DNA from: an uncultured bacterium
Lineage (GTDB): Bacteria; CSSED10-310; CAZUFC01
Reading direction: 5' to 3'
Assembly: GCA_964619725.1 (NCBI GenBank)
Contig: CAZUFC010000009.1
Span: 1 to 64,000 of the forward strand
DNA: 64,000 bases
This document shows positions 58,475-64,000 of the stretch, piece by piece. The notes beneath the pieces are model-generated. The model was given only the letters and a program-made list of their open reading frames with translations. It did not search any database and was not told where the DNA came from. Position 1 is the stretch's first letter. The number at the start of each line of letters is the position of its first letter. A program made the translations under genes and the position numbers.

Positions 58475-59719
58475 TCACTTACCGAACAACCGCGACAACA
58501 GATACCGGCCTTTCTTATGTTTCAAAATATAACGCATAAAAAGCGCGTAATAGATCAATTTTTCTCTTTCAGGCGGAATCACCGGCATGGTCTTGTCTGC
58601 ACAAGCTTCCAAACAGCTTTTTATCACATCTTCCATTTTCTCCCCGTGACGTTGCCATGAAAAGCGCCCTGAATTTTTCACAGCCTCTCTGCCAAGATTC
58701 TCTCTTTTTCCTCTGTCGCGGCTCAAATCTTTCACCGCCTGAATGAATGAATCAAAATCGTCCGCCAGAATTCCGCCGCTTCGAATCACTTCCCTATGCA
58801 CGGCGGTTCCGTAAGCGATGATGGGAGTTCCCTGATGCTGAGCCTCCAGAAGCGGCAGGTTAAAACCTTCCCAACGGCTTGGAGAGATGAACACGTCTGC
58901 GGCTTTGTATAAAACCGGCATGACTTCCTTTTCTACATTCGCCAGCGGAAGGATGTTTTTTCTCCTTAAATGCTCCATTTTCGTCTCATCCCCTCTTCCC
59001 GCCGCAATAAGCTCAATATCCGGCATTGAAGACAGGGCCGGCGCTATTTCATCCGTCAGTTGCCTCAAGCCTTTGTAAGGTTGAGGGTCCGGGTCCCATT
59101 CAAGACGTCCGACGAACAGAACGGCAGTCCTGTCTTCAGCTATCCCCAATTTCTTTCTTAAATCCCGGGCTTCCTCCTCACTCACCCTTTTATAATGATC
59201 CGCGCCGTTGTGAACGACCTCGGTTTCGCCTTGCACTTTTTCCGGAAAACTCTGCCTGATGAAGTCGGAAATAGCGACTGTCCGGTCGTATTCTCCGCTT
59301 TTTCCGTAAACATGAGCCGTCCGGTAATAAGTCAGCCAGTCCAGCTCGAAACCCGGCCGTTCGTCGAACCATTTTCCGGGCGGCGTTCCATGTTCCCAGA
59401 ATATCACCGGTTTGCTCAACGCTCTTCGCCACATATTAAAGGGAGGACTGTGCGCTATCCAGACGTCTCTGTTCTGCCGCTCCAGCCATTGTGTCGCCTC
59501 TTTTCTGAACGGCATGCCGAATGGACGCTCAGCAGATTTTATTTCACCTCTCAAATCGATGACCCTGTAAGGCACGGCATCATACAAAGAATCCTTGCGG
59601 CATGTGTAAACGCCCACATCATATCGCTTTTTCGCCAGATGCTGCGCCTGCATGTCCGCAACCAGATCGACGCCGTATCCCAGGAGCATTCTTTCCGTTA
59701 GTATTCCTATTTTATGCAT
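58475..59719 (-). CDS. GT4 (GT-B) glycosyltransferase
   Basis: VVHNG, LFVGRL...YKG, DVFISPSRWEGFNLPLLEA (EX7E). Start may be 59719 or 59740. Confidence 0.9.
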   Translation of the reverse strand: MHKIGILTERMLLGYGVDLVADMQAQHLAKKRYDVGVYTCRKDSLYDAVPYRVIDLRGEIKSAERPFGMPFRKEATQWLERQNRDVWIAHSPPFNMWRRALSKPVIFWEHGTPPGKWFDERPGFELDWLTYYRTAHVYGKSGEYDRTVAISDFIRQSFPEKVQGETEVVHNGADHYKRVSEEEARDLRKKLGIAEDRTAVLFVGRLEWDPDPQPYKGLRQLTDEIAPALSSMPDIELIAAGRGDETKMEHLRRKNILPLANVEKEVMPVLYKAADVFISPSRWEGFNLPLLEAQHQGTPIIAYGTAVHREVIRSGGILADDFDSFIQAVKDLSRDRGKRENLGREAVKNSGRFSWQRHGEKMEDVIKSCLEACADKTMPVIPPEREKLIYYALFMRYILKHKKGRYLLSRLFGK

Positions 59720-59736
59720 GTGATGTTTGGAGTCCT

Positions 59737-60027
59737 TCAACTCTGGTCTGAATGGTCTTTCAGCAGGATCAATTCCGTTCTGCAGAGCAGTTCCGGTATT
59801 TCTTCAGCTTCCTGCGGGTCAGCTCCCCACTTGTTCTGCAGTTGTTCCTTTAAATCGGCATCTCCGTAATGTTGTAGGGCATAGAGAAAAGGGGGGTCCA
59901 GCCAGAACTGGGAACCGTTGTTTTTTATGACTAGTGTGTGCACCGCGCCGGAAAATTCCGCCTGGTCCTGTTCAATCCGGCAATTCAGCACATATTGTTT
60001 CTTTGTTTCCCTATTATTTCGACACAT
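59737..60027 (-). CDS. Small (96-aa) hypothetical protein, weakly PqqD/RRE-like
   Basis: Fills the gap between wzt and the GT4 gene and overlaps the end of wzt; beta-rich N-half, then L...W...P..AE...ELL...ELI helices. Confidence 0.55.
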   Translation of the reverse strand: MCRNNRETKKQYVLNCRIEQDQAEFSGAVHTLVIKNNGSQFWLDPPFLYALQHYGDADLKEQLQNKWGADPQEAEEIPELLCRTELILLKDHSDQS

Positions 60028-61234
60028 ATTTCCAGCGAACGGGAATGGATACGCAACCGTATTTTTCTTTGGTGCCGCCTTCCAGGATGGTGAAGGGATA
60101 GAGACGTTCATGATGATCGTAGGGATGTTCGCAGGAATGGTCGTAAACCACGGTTGAAAAGTAATATGTTCCAGGCATTAGCGGCACGGAGTCTATAATG
60201 TGAAGGACTGAGCCTTCTCCTTCGATGGAGTCTATGACGCAGTCGTTTATTTTTGTATTGGGACCGTTGATGTGAACGCCGTCGTTTCGATGAATGGCGC
60301 ATCCGAAGACGGGTTTTTTAATTTTCTTTTTGGCGGAATAGTCGATTTTCACCTGTATGACGTCGCCCGTCTTGAACTGGTATTTTTCACGCATCTTATG
60401 ATCGTAAAAACGAACGCCGGTAATTTCCACCTCCCTCGATCCCCATCGCTCCTCCATTTCCTGCAGTATTTCCTTGTGAGTCACTTCCAGTTCTTCCGCT
60501 TTTTCCTGCGTTACCATCTGTTTATAAAAATCAATGACCCGTTCCGTGGTCCCTTCAGCCGCCAGTTTTCCTTTGTGCAGCCATACGGCCCTGTCGCACA
60601 GAGTTTTAACGGCTTCCAGATCATGCGAAACCAGGATGATGGTTTTTCCGGCCCTTCTGAATTCCTGTATCTTTTCTATGCATTTGTTGTGGAAAGCCTG
60701 ATCGCCCACAGCCAACACCTCGTCAATGACCAGGATATCCGGGTCCTGGTGCACTGCGATAGCGAATCCCAGTCGCATGTACATTCCGGAACTGTAATGT
60801 TTCACCGGGGTTTCCAGGAACTGCTCCAGTTCTGAAAAGGATACGATTTTCTTATAGTTGCGGTCTATGTCGGAACGGGATAATCCCATGATGGAACCGT
60901 TCAGATAGATGTTCTCGCGCCCGGTCAATTCGGGCTGGAATCCCGCGCCGAGTTCCAGCAGGGCCGAAACGCGTCCCCGGGTGATCACTTCCCCGCGGTC
61001 AGGTTTCAATATGCCGGTTATGACCTTCAACAAAGTCGATTTTCCTGAGCCGTTTTCTCCTATGATACCCAGCATTTCGCCGGGTTTAACTTTAAAACTG
61101 ATGTCCTGCAGCGCCCAGAACATCTTTGAACGACGCTTTCCCTTTAAATAATCTATCAGCGCCCAGCGCAGAAAACGGTCCTTCTCCCGGTACATACGAA
61201 ATTTAACGCCAACATCTCGACACTCGAATATCAT
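60014..61234 (-). CDS. wzt: Polysaccharide ABC exporter ATPase with C-terminal carbohydrate-binding domain
   Basis: FWALQDISF, GENGSGKST, LLELGAGF.PELTGRENI, YSSGMYMRL, DEVLAVGD, Wzt_C-like tail. Confidence 0.93.
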   Translation of the reverse strand: MIFECRDVGVKFRMYREKDRFLRWALIDYLKGKRRSKMFWALQDISFKVKPGEMLGIIGENGSGKSTLLKVITGILKPDRGEVITRGRVSALLELGAGFQPELTGRENIYLNGSIMGLSRSDIDRNYKKIVSFSELEQFLETPVKHYSSGMYMRLGFAIAVHQDPDILVIDEVLAVGDQAFHNKCIEKIQEFRRAGKTIILVSHDLEAVKTLCDRAVWLHKGKLAAEGTTERVIDFYKQMVTQEKAEELEVTHKEILQEMEERWGSREVEITGVRFYDHKMREKYQFKTGDVIQVKIDYSAKKKIKKPVFGCAIHRNDGVHINGPNTKINDCVIDSIEGEGSVLHIIDSVPLMPGTYYFSTVVYDHSCEHPYDHHERLYPFTILEGGTKEKYGCVSIPVRWKYVSK

Positions 61235-61235
61235 T

Positions 61236-62027
61236 TTATATCTCTTTTATGAATTTAGGCTCAAGCCGGCAGAAAATCATGTAACCCAATACGAAAACAA
61301 GAAATGATATGCCTCCAGCGAAAACAAAGGATTTCCAGGGCGGAAAAATGCCGTACAGCAAGGCATGCCTGTAAAGCTCCGTGATATCCACCAGGGGGTT
61401 CAAACGATAAAAGGTCAAATAATATTCCGACAGAAAACGTTCGACGTAAGAGAGCGGATAAATGATGGGAACGGCATAAAACCACATGGTCAGTATTATT
61501 TCCAGTATGTGAATGATGTCTTTGAAAAACACGGTCAGCGCAGAAACGATAAACGCTACGCCCCACGAAAACAGCAGGTGAAACAGTATCACCAGCGGCA
61601 GGATATAAAAAACTCTCGAAACAGGTTGACGGTAAAACAGAAACAGCAATCCCAGCACGATCAGAGACAGCAGCAGGTTGATCAGATTCGATATCGTCGT
61701 CGATATGGGTATTATTTCACGGGGAAAATAGACCTTCTTCAGCAGGTTCGCATTCTCTATTATGCCGTTGGCCGACATGGAGACGGAATTGGCAAAAAAC
61801 AGCCAGGGCAACAATCCGCACAGCAGAAACAAGGCGAAAGGATAGTCAACTTTTATCCTTATTATGAAGGAGAAAACGAATGTGTAAACGACCATCATCA
61901 TTAACGGCGTCAGCAAAGACCACAGAAATCCCAGGAAAGAACTCTTGTATTTCAGTTTCAAATTGCGGATCACGAAGCCGGCGATGAGTTCGCGATATCG
62001 CCACAGCAGCAGAAATCGACGGATCAT
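61236..62027 (-). CDS. wzm: Polysaccharide ABC exporter permease
   Basis: KYK.SFLGFLWSLL.P, LLKKVYFPREI, WFYAVPIIYP, LNP. Confidence 0.93.
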   Translation of the reverse strand: MIRRFLLLWRYRELIAGFVIRNLKLKYKSSFLGFLWSLLTPLMMMVVYTFVFSFIIRIKVDYPFALFLLCGLLPWLFFANSVSMSANGIIENANLLKKVYFPREIIPISTTISNLINLLLSLIVLGLLFLFYRQPVSRVFYILPLVILFHLLFSWGVAFIVSALTVFFKDIIHILEIILTMWFYAVPIIYPLSYVERFLSEYYLTFYRLNPLVDITELYRHALLYGIFPPWKSFVFAGGISFLVFVLGYMIFCRLEPKFIKEI

Positions 62028-64000
62028 TGATTGACCTTCTCCATTATTTCTTCGCCGAATGGCGAGAATTTCTGTATTCGGGCGTTCAGACTGTCCGTCA
62101 CGTAAAGGTTGCCTTCTGCGTCAAAGTCTATTCCTATCGGCCAGTTGAATTGTCCGCTTGCCGCTCCTGCGCTCTCCCATACCGCCAGCAGGTTGCCTTC
62201 AAGATTGTATATCTGCAGACGATTATTCCGGCTGTCGGTCGCAACAAGCAAACCGTCAGGACTCATGGCCAGGAAAGGCTCCGAATAAAACTCTTCCCAT
62301 CCCAGAACATACCAGTCCGCCTGATGCTTTCCATCTTCGTTAAAAACGGAAATCCTCTGGTTGGCCGTATCCGCCACATAAACCTTTCCGTCATTTCCCA
62401 GCTCTATGCCGACCGGCTCGAATAACTTGCCCGGTTCATCCCCTTTTTCGCCCCAGAACCTGCTGTTCTTTAAATCAGACTCTACCTTGTGCACCCTCTG
62501 CAATCCCGTGTCGACTATGTACATTACACCCTTTTCGCTCACCGCTACGTCTTTCGGCGCCCACATGTTGTGAGGACTGCGCCATTCCGTTTTAAATTTG
62601 CCTTCTGAATCGAATATCTGTATGCGATGATTCCACGTGTCGGCGACATAAACATCGCCATTCCCGGCGATTCCCAGTCCTACCGGTGTATGAAATTCTC
62701 CCGGTCCTTCGCCTCTCTTTCCCCATTCCGTTATAAACTGACCGTTTAAATCAAATTTCTGGATACGGTGATTCTGACTGTCCGCTACGTATACATGTCC
62801 GTCAGGCGATACGGCAATATCTTTCGGGTCCTTGAATTCTCCCGCTCCTGAACCGCTCCTTCCCCATATCTTTAAAGCCTTCTTGTCCTCCAGCGTCGTC
62901 ATACCCTTCTCGTTGACGACTACGCGTCCCTTTTCCTTCGGTATGATAAGGCTGGGATCACGACGATAGGGCGCGACCTGGTTCTTTTCCATTTCCTGAT
63001 TTATCTCGAATATGTTCACCTCATTCCTGTCATAAACCAGTTCACCCAGATTCTTGAATTTCTCCCGTCCGTTCTGATCGTACGAATAAAATTCCTTGTT
63101 CTCCAAAGAACCGATAAAAACATACCTTACGTCATATTTCCTCAACAAATCATATACTTCCTTCGTGTCCAGACTCTTATACATAGTCCTTACATCATTT
63201 GTCCGGTCACCCGATTTCTTCCAGCTCCAATCACGCCACAATGCTTCATGATTTCCCCATCCGATCACCGTCGGAAAACCGGTCATAGTCGATACCCGGC
63301 CGTGATAACTGTAAGGCGCTCCAGTCGCCTCCAGCACTACCGGCTCATCCTCCAGGTTCTCCATCATCCACTGAATCGCCTTGTAATCCTGAGGAAAACG
63401 TTCCCTTATGTATGCGAAACCGTTCAATGTAGGACGACCCATCTTCTTCTCAAAATAATCCGTCTTTACTCCTATCGCCTGGATGGGATAAATCATGGAC
63501 GCAGCGAATAAAAAAACCGTCCCGAACCGGAATATGTTGGCCCATACCTTCTTGTCGCGCTCTGCAAAGGCGCTGAATACATAATAAAATGAAGCTGCAC
63601 CCGACAGACTGAGAAATATCCAGGCTACATAATAAAACTTGAACACCGTATTCATCCGGGCCGCACTGACTCCATAAAAGTCCTTGATGTATACGAATTC
63701 GCAACCCAGCAGGACGGAAAAAGCCACCAGAATTAACGACATGTTCAGTTTCTCGTGACGCTCTCCTTTATGAAAAAAGAGAAGATATGCCGCCGCCAGA
63801 AGCAGAAATGACAATAAACTTATCGTGAAATTCTGGAAAATAACGCATGTGCTCAACATCGCCAATACGGAAACGATCAAACCGATGAGCTTGCCCTTCT
63901 TTACTAAAGACGACCGGTATATCCAGATTACCGCCATGAAAAAAGCCGCCAGAAAAATCAGGAAAAAATGTATGGTTAGAAACTGACCCACCATGGAACG
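62024..64000 (-). CDS. DUF2298 (Chlor_Arch_YYY)-type polytopic membrane protein fused to NHL repeats; 5' end outside the window
   Basis: RMNTVFKFYY, TLNG..Y, VVLEA.G..YS..GRVS..TG.PTVIGW..HE..WR; six C-terminal NHL repeats (P..IA...G.VYVAD..N.RIQ.F); frame open to the window edge. Confidence 0.82.
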   Translation of the reverse strand, partial: RSMVGQFLTIHFFLIFLAAFFMAVIWIYRSSLVKKGKLIGLIVSVLAMLSTCVIFQNFTISLLSFLLLAAAYLLFFHKGERHEKLNMSLILVAFSVLLGCEFVYIKDFYGVSAARMNTVFKFYYVAWIFLSLSGAASFYYVFSAFAERDKKVWANIFRFGTVFLFAASMIYPIQAIGVKTDYFEKKMGRPTLNGFAYIRERFPQDYKAIQWMMENLEDEPVVLEATGAPYSYHGRVSTMTGFPTVIGWGNHEALWRDWSWKKSGDRTNDVRTMYKSLDTKEVYDLLRKYDVRYVFIGSLENKEFYSYDQNGREKFKNLGELVYDRNEVNIFEINQEMEKNQVAPYRRDPSLIIPKEKGRVVVNEKGMTTLEDKKALKIWGRSGSGAGEFKDPKDIAVSPDGHVYVADSQNHRIQKFDLNGQFITEWGKRGEGPGEFHTPVGLGIAGNGDVYVADTWNHRIQIFDSEGKFKTEWRSPHNMWAPKDVAVSEKGVMYIVDTGLQRVHKVESDLKNSRFWGEKGDEPGKLFEPVGIELGNDGKVYVADTANQRISVFNEDGKHQADWYVLGWEEFYSEPFLAMSPDGLLVATDSRNNRLQIYNLEGNLLAVWESAGAASGQFNWPIGIDFDAEGNLYVTDSLNARIQKFSPFGEEIMEKVNQ

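Overview
A 64 kb window from a diderm, probably anaerobic bacterium: it encodes a porin, a TonB-receptor remnant, Tat substrates, a c-type cytochrome and a tungstate transporter. I cannot assign the lineage from the sequence. No rRNA, tRNA, CRISPR array or transposase was seen. It has four blocks. (1) 1-5.9 kb: a radical SAM gene coupled to an unannotated 32-aa membrane peptide, a self-contained sigma54-type transcription unit (sRNA or 25-aa ORF), a long RelA/SpoT gene with a degenerate hydrolase motif, and an M28 peptidase. (2) 6.3-36.7 kb: a secreted-protein island. An Rhs/YD-repeat protein with an apparent signal peptide converges on a 3000-aa dockerin/propeller/17xPKD/FlgD-Ig protein and a 5400-aa beta-helix protein built from 5x3 nested repeats with an IPTL-CTERM-like anchor. 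(3) 37-56.8 kb: a C69 dipeptidase, then a tungsten/molybdenum-formate island: moeA-moaA-moaC-MOSC/mogA-tupABC, fdhD, mobA, a porin, a Tat-exported Cys-type FdhAB without a cytochrome b anchor, a broken TonB-dependent receptor, a sensor-less ModE and a diheme GEGP-motif protein. The receptor and the diheme gene are each preceded by a clear ModE-type palindrome. (4) 57-64 kb: a propeller protein with the same C-terminal anchor, and a DUF2298-NHL / wzm / wzt / GT4 glycan operon. The best candidates for an undescribed system are the ModE-boxed TonB receptor plus diheme Moco-fold protein (possible Mo/W or cofactor scavenging) and the Rhs plus giant surface-protein island. All family assignments come from motif recognition by eye, not database searches.
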